From: an uncultured Chitinophaga sp.
GTDB taxonomy: Bacteria > Bacteroidota > Bacteroidia > Chitinophagales > Chitinophagaceae
NCBI GenBank assembly: GCA_964596345.1
Contig: CAZQSZ010000001.1
Span: 752,696 to 816,695, forward strand
Length of the DNA: 64,000 nucleotides
Direction of reading: 5' to 3'
Below, in pieces: positions 26,689-36,320 of this stretch (its first letter is position 1; every line of letters begins with the position of its first letter). Under the pieces are notes generated by a model. It saw nothing but the letters and a program-made list of their open reading frames with translations. It was not told the origin of the DNA and made no database searches. The position numbers and the translations under genes are program-made.

Positions 26689-27621
26689 TTATTTCCCTTT
26701 TCCAAAATGTTTGAGGTCCCGAATTTCCTTTTCAGAAAGAAAACGCCATTTACCTCTTTCTACGTTTTTCTTGGTAAGACCGGCAAACGTCACCCGGTCA
26801 AGATTTTTTACATCATAACCGAGGTGTTCGAAAATGCGGCGAACGATACGGTTGCGTCCGCTGTGAATTTCCACGCCGATCTGGGTTTTGTCTTTCATAT
26901 CGGAATAGGCCAGCACATCCACACTGGCGGGGCCATCTTCCAGCACCACGCCTTTTAATATCTGGTCAAAATCTTTTTTATCGAGCGGTTTGTCTAACGT
27001 AACAGCATAGATCTTTTTGACTTCATTGCTGGGATGTGTTAGTTTTTGTGCCAGTTCACCATCATTGGTGAGCAATAAAACCCCGGAGGTATTCCGGTCC
27101 AGGCGACCGACCGGGTACACCCGTTCTGTCGTTGCTTTCCCGATCAGGTCCAGCACTGTTTTTCTTTTTTGCGGATCATCGGTAGTGGTGATATAATCTT
27201 TGGGCTTATTGATCAGGATATAAACAAGGTTCTTGGCCAGGAATATTTTCCTACCATTCACTCTTACTTCATCGGTGGCCGCTACTTTATGCCCCGGTTC
27301 GGTGACCAATTCATTGTTCACTTTCACTTTGCCTTCTTTCACTATTTCTGCGGCTTCCCGCCGTCCGCAGATACCGGAATGGGCAATGAATTTATTGAGC
27401 GGCATGGAACCGGTGGGTTCCGGACGTTTATGAACAACAGCAGCCGGCACTTTTTGCCCGCGGATAACCGCCTGCTGGCCCCTTACTTCTGCTTTTTTCT
27501 TTTCGAAGAATTCTTCCCGCTCTTTTTTGAACTTTCTTTTTTCCTGTTTGAACTGTTCTTTGACGGCGGCGTTACTTTTCTTTTTCGTGAACTTGTCGAA
27601 ATGGGATGACTTCTTTTGCAT
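26689..27621 (-). CDS. RsuA/RluB-family pseudouridine synthase with an S4 domain and a ~70-aa Lys-rich N-terminal extension
   Basis: Contains MPLNKFIAHSGICGRREAAEIV (S4), GRLDRNTSGVLLLTNDG and GRNRIVRR. Confidence 0.85.
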   Translation of the reverse strand: MQKKSSHFDKFTKKKSNAAVKEQFKQEKRKFKKEREEFFEKKKAEVRGQQAVIRGQKVPAAVVHKRPEPTGSMPLNKFIAHSGICGRREAAEIVKEGKVKVNNELVTEPGHKVAATDEVRVNGRKIFLAKNLVYILINKPKDYITTTDDPQKRKTVLDLIGKATTERVYPVGRLDRNTSGVLLLTNDGELAQKLTHPSNEVKKIYAVTLDKPLDKKDFDQILKGVVLEDGPASVDVLAYSDMKDKTQIGVEIHSGRNRIVRRIFEHLGYDVKNLDRVTFAGLTKKNVERGKWRFLSEKEIRDLKHFGKGK

Positions 27622-27675
27622 ATGTGCTGGGTTGCTGTTTTACAACAGTAATTTGATGAACCGCAAAGATAACTA

Positions 27676-27709
27676 AAAGGCCTGTCCTTATTGCAGGGGA
27701 CAGGCCTTT
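27676..27709. terminator. Hairpin terminator downstream of the LTXXQ gene
   Basis: AAAGGCCTGTCC-ttattgcagg-GGACAGGCCTTT, a perfect 12-bp stem. Confidence 0.6.
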
Positions 27710-27728
27710 ATTGTATGAATAAGGGTAC

Positions 27729-28370
27729 TTATATTGTTTCCTGCATTTTACCAGGCTTATGCTTTCTTTTTTCTTTCATTTTCTGTAATTGTTCTTCCGT
27801 AAGTACTGATTTCATCTTTTCTTTTTGTTCCTTCATCAGTTCTTTTGATTTTTCTCTTTTTTGTTCGGCTGACAGGGCTTTATCTTCCCGGATGGCTTTC
27901 ATTTTTTCTGCCATGGCTTTGCGGTTCTCCGCCATTTTAGCAGACTGTTCTTCGGTCAGCTTGAGCTCTTCTTTCATCCGGGCTTCTTTTTTTTGACCAA
28001 ACTCTTTTGCTTTCGCAGCTCTTGCTTCTTTATCTTTTTGTTGCTGGGCTTTTTGTTCAGGGGTTAACAGGCTTTGAAATTTTTGTTCATGCTCTTTGCG
28101 GAGAGATTCCATTCTTTCACGGCTCTCTTTCACAGTAATATTATCCTGCTTTCTCAGTTCCTCCATTTTTTTCTGTTGCTCCTGGTTCAGGGCTTTGACT
28201 TTAGCTTTTTGTTCTTCACTCAGGTTCAGGTTGGCCAGTTGTTTTTTTGGGTACATTTTCTGGGAGGCATGTGGTCTGAACCCATCATGTTTCCGTTCAG
28301 GAATTTCCTGTGCTGCTGCATTAGCAACAATAAATGCGGCTGCTAAAACGGTTACGATTATTTTTTTCAT
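27729..28370 (-). CDS. Secreted Lys/Glu-rich LTXXQ-repeat protein (Spy/CpxP-like periplasmic chaperone family)
   Basis: Signal peptide MKKIIVTVLAAAFIVANAAA. Six L[ST]xEQ repeats: LSEEQ, LNQEQ, LTPEQ, LTEEQ, LSAEQ and LTEEQ. Confidence 0.55.
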   Translation of the reverse strand: MKKIIVTVLAAAFIVANAAAQEIPERKHDGFRPHASQKMYPKKQLANLNLSEEQKAKVKALNQEQQKKMEELRKQDNITVKESRERMESLRKEHEQKFQSLLTPEQKAQQQKDKEARAAKAKEFGQKKEARMKEELKLTEEQSAKMAENRKAMAEKMKAIREDKALSAEQKREKSKELMKEQKEKMKSVLTEEQLQKMKEKRKHKPGKMQETI

Positions 28371-28519
28371 GCTATACTATTTTGAAAGTTAGATGCCCGG
28401 TGAGGAAATAAACCTTCGCCCGGTTCTGTTAAAAAAAGGTGGACGATTAACAGACCGGGGCGGATTCCAAGGGTTTAACCCAAACTAAGAAATATTTCGT
28501 ATTAAGGACAAGCGGGTAC

Positions 28520-29569
28520 TTAAAGGGCTTCTTTGTTGGCCAATTGTCCACAGGCGGCATCAATATCTTTACCGCGGCTGCGGCGGAGACGGGCATTCAC
28601 CCTGTTCTTGCCGAGGTAGGCCATAAATTCTTCCACCCTCTCTTCATCGGGTTTTTCAAATTTGGCAAAATCAATGGGGTTATACTCAATAATATTAATA
28701 AGATCGGCCGGTACCTGCCGGTAAATTTTGATCAGTTCGTCCGCATCTTTGATCGTATCGTTGAAGTTCTTGAAAAGGATATATTCAAAAGTGATCTCGT
28801 TCTTGGTTTGCTTGTAGAAATAGTTCAATGCATCGATCAGTGTCTTGATATTGTTCGTGTCATTGATCGGCATGATCTCGTGCCGCTTGGCATCCGTAGC
28901 TGCATGCAGGGACAAAGCCAGTTTGAATTTTACTTTATCATCTGCTAATTGGCGAATACCTTTTGCCACACCGGCGGTGGAAACAGTGATCCGTTTCGGG
29001 CTCATGGCTAAACCATCAGCGGCTGTGATCCGTTCAATTGCTTTCACTACATTTTTATAGTTCAGCAAAGGCTCGCCCATACCCATGAAAACAATATTGG
29101 TCAGTTTTTTACCCTGTACTTTTTCGGATTGCTGGTTGATCAGCACCACTTCATCATATATCTCATCATAATCCAGGTTTCTTTTCCGGTCGATATAGCC
29201 GGTGGCGCAGAACTTACAACTCAGCGAACAACCGATCTGTGAGGAAACGCAGGCTGTATTCCTGGATTCAGTTGGTATCATCACCCCTTCCACGAGGTGT
29301 CCGTCCCAGGTTTTGAAACGGCTTTTAATAGTTCCGTCAGCGGAATATTGTGTTGCATCAATGCTAAGGGCGGGCAACGTAAATTGTTCGCCTAATTGCT
29401 GGCGCAGGTCCTTGCTCAGGTTGGTCATATCCGCAAAACTCATGGCCTGTTTCTGCCAGATCCATTCATGCACCTGTTTGGCCCTGAATTTTTTTTCTCC
29501 CAGCTCTTCAAAATAGGTTTCCAGTTCGGCCAGGGAAAGATGCCGTATGTTATTCAGTACTTTTTTCAT
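28520..29569 (-). CDS. rlmN: 23S rRNA/tRNA adenine-C2 methyltransferase RlmN (radical SAM)
   Basis: ORF trimmed from the TTG at 29578 to the ATG at 29569 (MKKVLNNIRH...). Contains FRAKQVHEWIW, CSLSCKFCATG (CX3CX2C) and a C-terminal DIDAACGQL. Confidence 0.9.
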   Translation of the reverse strand: MKKVLNNIRHLSLAELETYFEELGEKKFRAKQVHEWIWQKQAMSFADMTNLSKDLRQQLGEQFTLPALSIDATQYSADGTIKSRFKTWDGHLVEGVMIPTESRNTACVSSQIGCSLSCKFCATGYIDRKRNLDYDEIYDEVVLINQQSEKVQGKKLTNIVFMGMGEPLLNYKNVVKAIERITAADGLAMSPKRITVSTAGVAKGIRQLADDKVKFKLALSLHAATDAKRHEIMPINDTNNIKTLIDALNYFYKQTKNEITFEYILFKNFNDTIKDADELIKIYRQVPADLINIIEYNPIDFAKFEKPDEERVEEFMAYLGKNRVNARLRRSRGKDIDAACGQLANKEAL

Positions 29570-29641
29570 CAGCGGCAAAGATAACCACTACTAAACGGAT
29601 TGACTGATTTACCGGATATTTGCCTCTTAAATGTAAAATGA

Positions 29642-30838
29642 ATGAAGGCTGTCTATATAATTGATGCTGTCAGAACTCCCATTGGAAAATATGGTGGTTC
29701 CCTCAGCAGCATTCGTCCCGATGACCTGCTGGCCCATGTGATCCGGTCACTGGTTCATCGAAACCCTTCGGTGGATGTAAATGCCATTGAAGATGTGATA
29801 GCAGGTGATGCCAACCAGGCCGGTGAAGATAACCGGGATGTGGCCCGGATGGCAGCACTACTGGCGGGTTTACCGGTAACAGTGGCCGGTAACACCGTCA
29901 ACCGTTTATGTGCTTCCGGCCTGCAGGCGATTATGGATGCCGCAAGACAGGTTATGTGCGGAGATGCAGAATTGATCATTGCAGGAGGAGTGGAAAGTAT
30001 GACCAGGGCTCCTTTTGTGATGGCCAAAACCTCCTCCCCTTATTCGAGGAACGTGGAGATACATGATACTACTATCGGCTGGAGGTTTACCAATAAAAAG
30101 CTGGCAGAGATGCATTATCCCTATAGCATGGGAGAAACAGCAGAGAATGTGGCGAAGCAATGGAAGATCTCCAGACAGGAGCAGGATACATTTGCCTTAT
30201 CCTCCCAGCACAAGTATTTTGAAGCCGCCGCAGCCGGTAAGTGGAAAGATGAGATGGCCCCGGTAGTCATCCTCGGTGCCAAAGAAGAACAAATTTTGTT
30301 TGAAGCAGATGAACACCCCCGCCAGTCAACCATGGATAAATTGTCTTCGCTGAAACCAGCTTTTGCCAAAGATGGAACAGTAACCGCTGGTAATTCTTCG
30401 GGCATCAATGACGGTGCCGCTGCCCTGCTGCTCGCCAGTGAGGAGGCCGTGAAAAAGTATAATCTCCTGCCCATGGCCAGGGTAGTGTCTATGGCCGTGG
30501 CAGGTGTTGACCCATCCATCATGGGTATCGGCCCTGTGCCGGCCACCAAAAAAGCCCTGCAAAGAGCCGGGTTAAAAGTAAGTGACCTCGATCTTATTGA
30601 ATTGAATGAGGCTTTTGCATCCCAGTCAATTGCCTGTATCCGGGAACTGGGGCTTGACATTAATAAGGTAAATGTGAATGGCGGTTCCATTGCTATCGGC
30701 CATCCTTTGGGCTGTAGCGGTGTTCGCATTTCGGCTACGTTGTTGCATGAAATGAAGAGAAGCGGGTCGAAGATTGGCCTGGCAACGATGTGCGTCGGGG
30801 TGGGACAGGGTGCTGCTGTTATTTATGAAAAAATGTAA
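29642..30838 (+). CDS. Acetyl-CoA C-acyltransferase (thiolase)
   Basis: 398 aa. Contains NRLCASGLQAI (active Cys), GHPLGCSG and MCVGVGQG. Confidence 0.9.
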   Translation: MKAVYIIDAVRTPIGKYGGSLSSIRPDDLLAHVIRSLVHRNPSVDVNAIEDVIAGDANQAGEDNRDVARMAALLAGLPVTVAGNTVNRLCASGLQAIMDAARQVMCGDAELIIAGGVESMTRAPFVMAKTSSPYSRNVEIHDTTIGWRFTNKKLAEMHYPYSMGETAENVAKQWKISRQEQDTFALSSQHKYFEAAAAGKWKDEMAPVVILGAKEEQILFEADEHPRQSTMDKLSSLKPAFAKDGTVTAGNSSGINDGAAALLLASEEAVKKYNLLPMARVVSMAVAGVDPSIMGIGPVPATKKALQRAGLKVSDLDLIELNEAFASQSIACIRELGLDINKVNVNGGSIAIGHPLGCSGVRISATLLHEMKRSGSKIGLATMCVGVGQGAAVIYEKM

Positions 30839-30898
30839 TTTCAACTAGTTTCTGTAACTTTTGCTATTGCTTTAACGTAAAGGCCATAAAACCAACAT

Positions 30899-31276
30899 AT
30901 GAAAAAATTAATGCTCTCTTTTTTTGCAATCAGCCTCACCTGTATTGTTGCTGCCCAACAAGACAGCACCTTGCAGCAATATACCGGCAAGTATAAATTC
31001 CCGGAAGGAAGTGTGGTAACCGAAGTTACAGTTGCCATTGAAAATGGAGTGCTGCTCGCCAATTCACCCATGGGGAGCTCAGAATTGAAGAAAACGGAAG
31101 CGGATGTTTTCGAGATCGTTGCTTATGGCGGTACGGCCACGTTCAAAAGAACAGAAGGAAAGATATCCGGTGTACAGATGATCGTCGGGGATATCATACT
31201 GGAAGGAACAAAGGCCGAAAGCACAATTAATTTAGCCGGTGCTTGCAGTAATTTGCGGGGATTTTTCCGAAAATAA
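30899..31276 (+). CDS. Small secreted hypothetical protein
   Basis: 125 aa with a signal peptide (MKKLMLSFFAISLTCIVAAQ). No family recognised. Confidence 0.5.
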   Translation: MKKLMLSFFAISLTCIVAAQQDSTLQQYTGKYKFPEGSVVTEVTVAIENGVLLANSPMGSSELKKTEADVFEIVAYGGTATFKRTEGKISGVQMIVGDIILEGTKAESTINLAGACSNLRGFFRK

Positions 31277-31430
31277 AGGCACAATTTTTCTTATTTATTT
31301 TCCTGCTAGTTAGCGGCTTAGCTCCACTTTGCCGTTCATATATTTATTTGGCCATTCAGATGCCATCTTCCTATTTTCGTGCAGCAAAATTTAACAGCAG
31401 TTTGTCTTTAAACACCTGTTAGATTTTTTT

Positions 31431-31446
31431 GACATCTGTAGATGTC
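31431..31446. promoter_or_regulatory. Inverted repeat upstream of susC (candidate operator)
   Basis: GACATCT-gt-AGATGTC, perfect 7-nt arms, 75 nt upstream of the SusC ATG. Confidence 0.25.
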
Positions 31447-31520
31447 TCCAATACACCCCACGGAAAACCAATATTTCGAAAGATTAAGGCGTACTTATTT
31501 TTTATTTTAAATCAAAACAC

Positions 31521-34500
31521 ATGAGGAAATTGACTCTGCTCCTGCTGGGGGTTTTGTTGTTTGCAGGCCAGGCCATGGCGCAACGAACCATTACCGGCAA
31601 GGTTACCGACGATAAGGGTAACCCACTCCCCAACGTTTCTGTAGTTGTAAAAGGTACAACTGCTGGTACCACCACAAAAGCCGATGGAACCTATTCATTG
31701 GCCGTGCCTTCCAACGCAAGGACGCTGGTGTTTTCATCAATTGATATGGCAACACAGGAAATGAATGTCTCCAGCAATTCTATCATTTCAGTTACCATGT
31801 CAACTCAGGCCAAGAATATGGATGAAGTTATCGTCGTGGCATATGGAACAGTTAAAAAGGGAGAGTATACCGGATCTTCTGCACAGATCAATGCTAAAGA
31901 GATTGAAAACAGGCCAATAACGAACGTGGCAAATGCATTGGTTGGTTCTGCACCAGGTATTCAAACTACAACCGCCAGTGGTCAGCCTGGTTCAAGCCCG
32001 GCTATCCGTTTAAGGGGTTTTGGTTCTATCAACGCTTCCAGTGCGCCTTTGATTGTTGTTGATGGAGCTCCTTATGTAGGAGGCCTTGCTAATATCAACC
32101 CGGATGATGTAGAATCGGTTTCCACTTTAAAAGATGCATCTGCTGCGGCTCTCTATGGCTCAAGAGGTGGTAATGGTGTGATTCAAATTACAACAAAAAA
32201 AGGGAAGAAAAACAGGAACACACTTGGGTTCAAAATGTCTCATGGGTTTACCTCAAGAGCTATCCCTGAATACGACCAGGTAAATGCATTTGATTATTAT
32301 CCGCTGATGTGGGAATCCTACAGGAATGTATTGAATAAAACCACTAATATCCCCCTTGCGGATGCTAATCAGCTGGCTTCAGGTCTTTTTCCCCGTTTCA
32401 CCACAGGAGCGAATACAGGAAGACAGAATTATAATGGTGCAGCATTCGATGATATTTATACTTTGCTTGGACGTTATAACCCTTTTGTTGGCGTTACGGG
32501 TACACAGATCGTTTTACCTAACGGTACACTGAACCCGCTGGCGGCGCAATTAAGATACAGTACGGATGATCTTGACTGGTTTAAAGCTTTCTACCGCCAG
32601 GGCAGCCGTTCTGATTACGGGCTGAATTATAGCGGTGGTAATGATAAATCAGATTATTACGGCTCCTTTGGTTATACTAATGAAAAAGGATTTGTTACCC
32701 GTTCTGAATTAAAACGTTTCAGCGGCCGTTTGAGTATCAATACACAACCTGTTAAATGGTTTAAAACAGGCTTTAACGTATCGGGATCTGTCATCAACAG
32801 CGATTTCCCTGCTGAAGGCGGTATCGTAAACCCCTTCTCTTTCGCAAGAGGTATGGGACCGATTTACCCGGTTTTTGCAATTGATCCAACTTCAGGCCAG
32901 GTTTTATTGGATAACCTGGGTAATCCAAGATATGATTATGGCAATATACCACAAGTTGGTGCCCGCCCGGTTAACCAGGGACGTCATGCGATCTATGAAA
33001 ATATACTGAACATTGCCCGCTGGAAAAGAAATATCTTAAGCGGAAGGGCATATGGAGACCTGATATTCTCTAAAGAATTAAAGTTCACCACAAGTATTCA
33101 ATACGATGTGCAGGACTACCAGGAAGAAAGTTTCGAAAATAAATTTATTGGTGACGGGGCACCTTCTGGCAGGGCCAGCCGCACCATTGATAAAAACACC
33201 GCTTATACTTTTGGCCAATTGCTGAGTTATAACAAAAAATTTGGTGTACATAATGTTAGTGCACTCATTGGTCATGAGAATTATAATTTCCAGTATAACT
33301 ATTTCTATGGGTTTAAAGTAGATCAGTTATTTGATGATGGTAATACTGAGTTTCCCAACTTTGCTACTATCAGCAACTTACTTTCTCAAACAGATAACCA
33401 TACTATCGAAAGCTATTTATCAAAGCTCAACTATGATTTTGATGGTAAATACTTCTTCTCAGGGGCATTGCGCAGAGATGGTAATTCCCGTTTTTATAAA
33501 GATGTTAGATGGTCCAACTTCTGGTCTGTAGGCCTGGGCTGGAGATTAGATAAAGAGAAATTCTTTAATGTGGGCTGGGTGGATCAACTGAAACTGAGAG
33601 GCTCCTATGGAAGTACCGGTATCGAAGCCGGCATTGGTTATTATCCTTACCAGGGCTTATACGGTTTGGGCTTTAATAATAATACCGCAGGAGGTGTGTT
33701 ACAAACTGCATTGCCTAACTATGATCTGACATGGGAAGCATCAAACAGTCTTGATATCGGCGTTGACTTCTCTTTATTAAAAGGAAGACTCACCGGTAGC
33801 GTTGAGTTCTTCGACAGGCAATCAAAAGATTTGATCTTTAGTGTGCCTCAACCATTATCGAATGGTGGAGCAACAGGTGGCGGTTTTTCAGTAGCTCAGA
33901 ATATCGGAAGTATGTACAACCGTGGATTTGAATTACAGTTAACAGGTGAAATTATCCGGAAACGTGATTTTGGATGGACGGCGACACTAAATGCCACTAC
34001 GTTTAAGAATGAAATAACCAAGATGCCTGAAACACCAAAAGAAATCATTGATTTTCCTCATCAGCTGGCAGCAGGTTATTCCAGGTATGATTATTTCCTG
34101 AGAGATTATTATGGAGTTGATCCTTCTGATGGTGCTGCCTTATATAGAAACGTTATTACTTATAATGCAGCTAACTCCCGCATTTTTGACAACGGAAAAG
34201 GCGGGAAAGACACAGTGACGACCTTATATTCTAATGCAAGACAGGTATATGTTGGGAAATCTTCTATTCCTGATGTATATGGTAGTTTTGGAAACACTTT
34301 CCGTTATAAGGATGTTTCCCTGACTTTCCTCTTCACTTATCAGTTAGGTGGTTATGCTTATGATAATGGCTATGCGGGTTTGATGGGCCCCGGCAGCCAG
34401 TATGGCGGCGGTCTTCATGTGGATATGTTGAAGCGCTGGCAGAAACCGGGTGATATCACCAATGTTCCCCGGATGCAAAATGATCAGGGAACTAACTTTG

Positions 34501-34754
34501 CGGGTTCTTCCACCCGTTTCCTGATCAGTGCCACACACCTGCAGTTAAATAATATCAACCTGACTTATAACCTTCCTAAAGGTTTGCTGGGTAAGATGGG
34601 TGCAGATAATGCCCGTGTATTCCTGAGTGCAGAAAATGTATGGCTCTTTGCAAAAAGAAAAGGATTACTTGTGAACCAAAACTTTGATGGCCAAAACTCA
34701 AATACTTATCCACCGGCAAGAGTTATTACTGCTGGTCTTAGCGTTAACTTCTAA
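31521..34754 (+). CDS. SusC/RagA-family TonB-dependent outer-membrane transporter
   Basis: 1077 aa. Signal peptide, a carboxypeptidase-regulatory-like N-domain (ITGKVTDDKGNPLPNVSVVVKGT), a plug (DEVIVVAYGT...) and a terminal aromatic residue. No STN/anti-sigma domain. Confidence 0.9.
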   Translation: MRKLTLLLLGVLLFAGQAMAQRTITGKVTDDKGNPLPNVSVVVKGTTAGTTTKADGTYSLAVPSNARTLVFSSIDMATQEMNVSSNSIISVTMSTQAKNMDEVIVVAYGTVKKGEYTGSSAQINAKEIENRPITNVANALVGSAPGIQTTTASGQPGSSPAIRLRGFGSINASSAPLIVVDGAPYVGGLANINPDDVESVSTLKDASAAALYGSRGGNGVIQITTKKGKKNRNTLGFKMSHGFTSRAIPEYDQVNAFDYYPLMWESYRNVLNKTTNIPLADANQLASGLFPRFTTGANTGRQNYNGAAFDDIYTLLGRYNPFVGVTGTQIVLPNGTLNPLAAQLRYSTDDLDWFKAFYRQGSRSDYGLNYSGGNDKSDYYGSFGYTNEKGFVTRSELKRFSGRLSINTQPVKWFKTGFNVSGSVINSDFPAEGGIVNPFSFARGMGPIYPVFAIDPTSGQVLLDNLGNPRYDYGNIPQVGARPVNQGRHAIYENILNIARWKRNILSGRAYGDLIFSKELKFTTSIQYDVQDYQEESFENKFIGDGAPSGRASRTIDKNTAYTFGQLLSYNKKFGVHNVSALIGHENYNFQYNYFYGFKVDQLFDDGNTEFPNFATISNLLSQTDNHTIESYLSKLNYDFDGKYFFSGALRRDGNSRFYKDVRWSNFWSVGLGWRLDKEKFFNVGWVDQLKLRGSYGSTGIEAGIGYYPYQGLYGLGFNNNTAGGVLQTALPNYDLTWEASNSLDIGVDFSLLKGRLTGSVEFFDRQSKDLIFSVPQPLSNGGATGGGFSVAQNIGSMYNRGFELQLTGEIIRKRDFGWTATLNATTFKNEITKMPETPKEIIDFPHQLAAGYSRYDYFLRDYYGVDPSDGAALYRNVITYNAANSRIFDNGKGGKDTVTTLYSNARQVYVGKSSIPDVYGSFGNTFRYKDVSLTFLFTYQLGGYAYDNGYAGLMGPGSQYGGGLHVDMLKRWQKPGDITNVPRMQNDQGTNFAGSSTRFLISATHLQLNNINLTYNLPKGLLGKMGADNARVFLSAENVWLFAKRKGLLVNQNFDGQNSNTYPPARVITAGLSVNF

Positions 34755-34763
34755 AATTTCAAT

Positions 34764-36251
34764 ATGAAAAAAATATTTTTAATACTTGCTATTGGCTCTT
34801 TAGCTCTTAGCTCCTGTAAAAAGGATTACCTCGAGACAAAGCCCACCAATGCGGTGTCTGACGGGGTTGTATTCACCAATACCACCGATGCCTGGAAAGC
34901 AATCGAAGGTATGCACCGGTTTCTCTACCGCCAGATGTATGGTTCGCAGGCATTGGGTGGTATCAGCGGAAATATGATCTATATGGATGCACTTGGTGAA
35001 GATCTTGTTATGACTGGTCAATCTAATGGCTGGTTCATCGGTGAATACCGCTGGATCAACCATCGCCTTGTTACAAGTACCATTTGTTATTACAATTACT
35101 TGTACTTCTTCTCCTTTATTTCCAATGCTAATCAGATACTTGCCCAGATAGATGCAGCTACCGGTCCGCAGTCAGATAAGGATGCTATCAAAGGACAAGC
35201 ATTGGCATACAGGGGCTGGGCATATTTTATGATGATCCAGTTGTATGGCGAACGTTTTGATAAAAACGGAGCAAACGACGGATTAGGATTGCCAATGCGT
35301 ACCGCACCAACTGTTGGAGCTACTCCCCGGGTATCTGTTGCAGAAGTATATACACAAATCAATCAGGATTTGACGGATGCGATTACATTATTAAATGGAT
35401 CAGTGGCAGCCCGCCGCGATAAGTCGCATATCAATGTAAATGTTGCCCGTGGTTTCAAAGCAAGAGTAGCACTTGCACAGCAAAATTGGACTGAAGCTGC
35501 ACAATTGGCGGCACAGGCAAGGCAGGGTTTTTCCTTGATGACAAATGCTCAGTACATGGGAGGTTTTAATAATTATACCAACCCGGAATGGATATGGGGC
35601 TTTAAGCAACAGGAAGACCAGGGAACTTTTTTCTATTCTTTCTTTGCTTACCTATCCTGCAATTTTAACTCAACAAATATCAGGACCAATCCCAAGGCGA
35701 TTAACTCAAGGTTGTATAACCTGATCTCGGCAACCGATGTAAGAAAGGGATTATGGGATCCAACCGGAACAAACACGGCATTCCCTATTCCTTTAAATCC
35801 AAATGGTTCAAGATTTCCTTATATGAACCGTAAGTTCTTTGTCAATAATGTTGCGGTAAGTGCCGGGGATGTGCCCCTGATGCGTGCTGCAGAGATGTAT
35901 CTTATCGAAGCTGAAGCATTGGCACGGGCAGGAGGCCAGGATGTAGCAGCTCGCCAGGCTTTATTTACACTGGCCAGCCAGCGGGACCCCAATTATGTTT
36001 TATCAACTAATAGCGGTCAGGCATTAATTGACGAGATCATGGTACAGCGCAGGGTTGAATTATGGGGTGAAGGCTTCCGCTTTTATGATCTGAAGCGTAC
36101 GAACAGTCCATTGGACCGTACGGGTGCTAATCATAATGCTTCTTTAGCAGGAATTTTTTCCATGCCGGCCGGCGATAAACAATGGCAGTTCCTGATTCCC
36201 CAGCAAGAATTGAATAATACGAATGGGGTGGTGGTGCAGAATCCACTCTAA
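34764..36251 (+). CDS. SusD/RagB-family nutrient-binding lipoprotein
   Basis: Lipobox LALSSC. 495 aa, 10 nt after susC. C-terminal RRVELWGEGFRFYDLKR motif. Confidence 0.9.
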   Translation: MKKIFLILAIGSLALSSCKKDYLETKPTNAVSDGVVFTNTTDAWKAIEGMHRFLYRQMYGSQALGGISGNMIYMDALGEDLVMTGQSNGWFIGEYRWINHRLVTSTICYYNYLYFFSFISNANQILAQIDAATGPQSDKDAIKGQALAYRGWAYFMMIQLYGERFDKNGANDGLGLPMRTAPTVGATPRVSVAEVYTQINQDLTDAITLLNGSVAARRDKSHINVNVARGFKARVALAQQNWTEAAQLAAQARQGFSLMTNAQYMGGFNNYTNPEWIWGFKQQEDQGTFFYSFFAYLSCNFNSTNIRTNPKAINSRLYNLISATDVRKGLWDPTGTNTAFPIPLNPNGSRFPYMNRKFFVNNVAVSAGDVPLMRAAEMYLIEAEALARAGGQDVAARQALFTLASQRDPNYVLSTNSGQALIDEIMVQRRVELWGEGFRFYDLKRTNSPLDRTGANHNASLAGIFSMPAGDKQWQFLIPQQELNNTNGVVVQNPL

Positions 36252-36273
36252 TCAGCAAAGGTTATTTATACGT

Positions 36274-36302
36274 AAAGGGCTGCCCAAACCGGACAGCCTT
36301 TT
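36274..36302. terminator. Imperfect hairpin between convergent susD and the ABC permease
   Basis: AAAGGGCTG-cccaaaccgga-CAGCCTTTT, with one bulged G. Confidence 0.35.
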
Positions 36303-36320
36303 ACATTTATCAGTGATTTT

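Noticed and set aside
27729-28370. Apparent DNA-level repetitiveness that might be read as a tandem repeat locus
   Set aside because: It reflects the repeated L[ST]xEQ / Lys-Glu-rich coding sequence of a secreted protein with a proper signal peptide.
30121-30729. 202-aa antisense ORF inside the thiolase gene (plus 29755..30027 and 29906..30160)
   Set aside because: The sense strand encodes a full-length thiolase with all catalytic motifs. The antisense frames are Ala/Ser/Pro-rich artefacts of codon composition.
31277-31520. Possible cobalamin or other riboswitch in the long leader of the TonB-dependent SusC gene
   Set aside because: The leader is AT-rich. It lacks anything resembling the GC-rich B12-box core or the multi-stem architecture I would expect. 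Only a short palindrome was retained as a finding.
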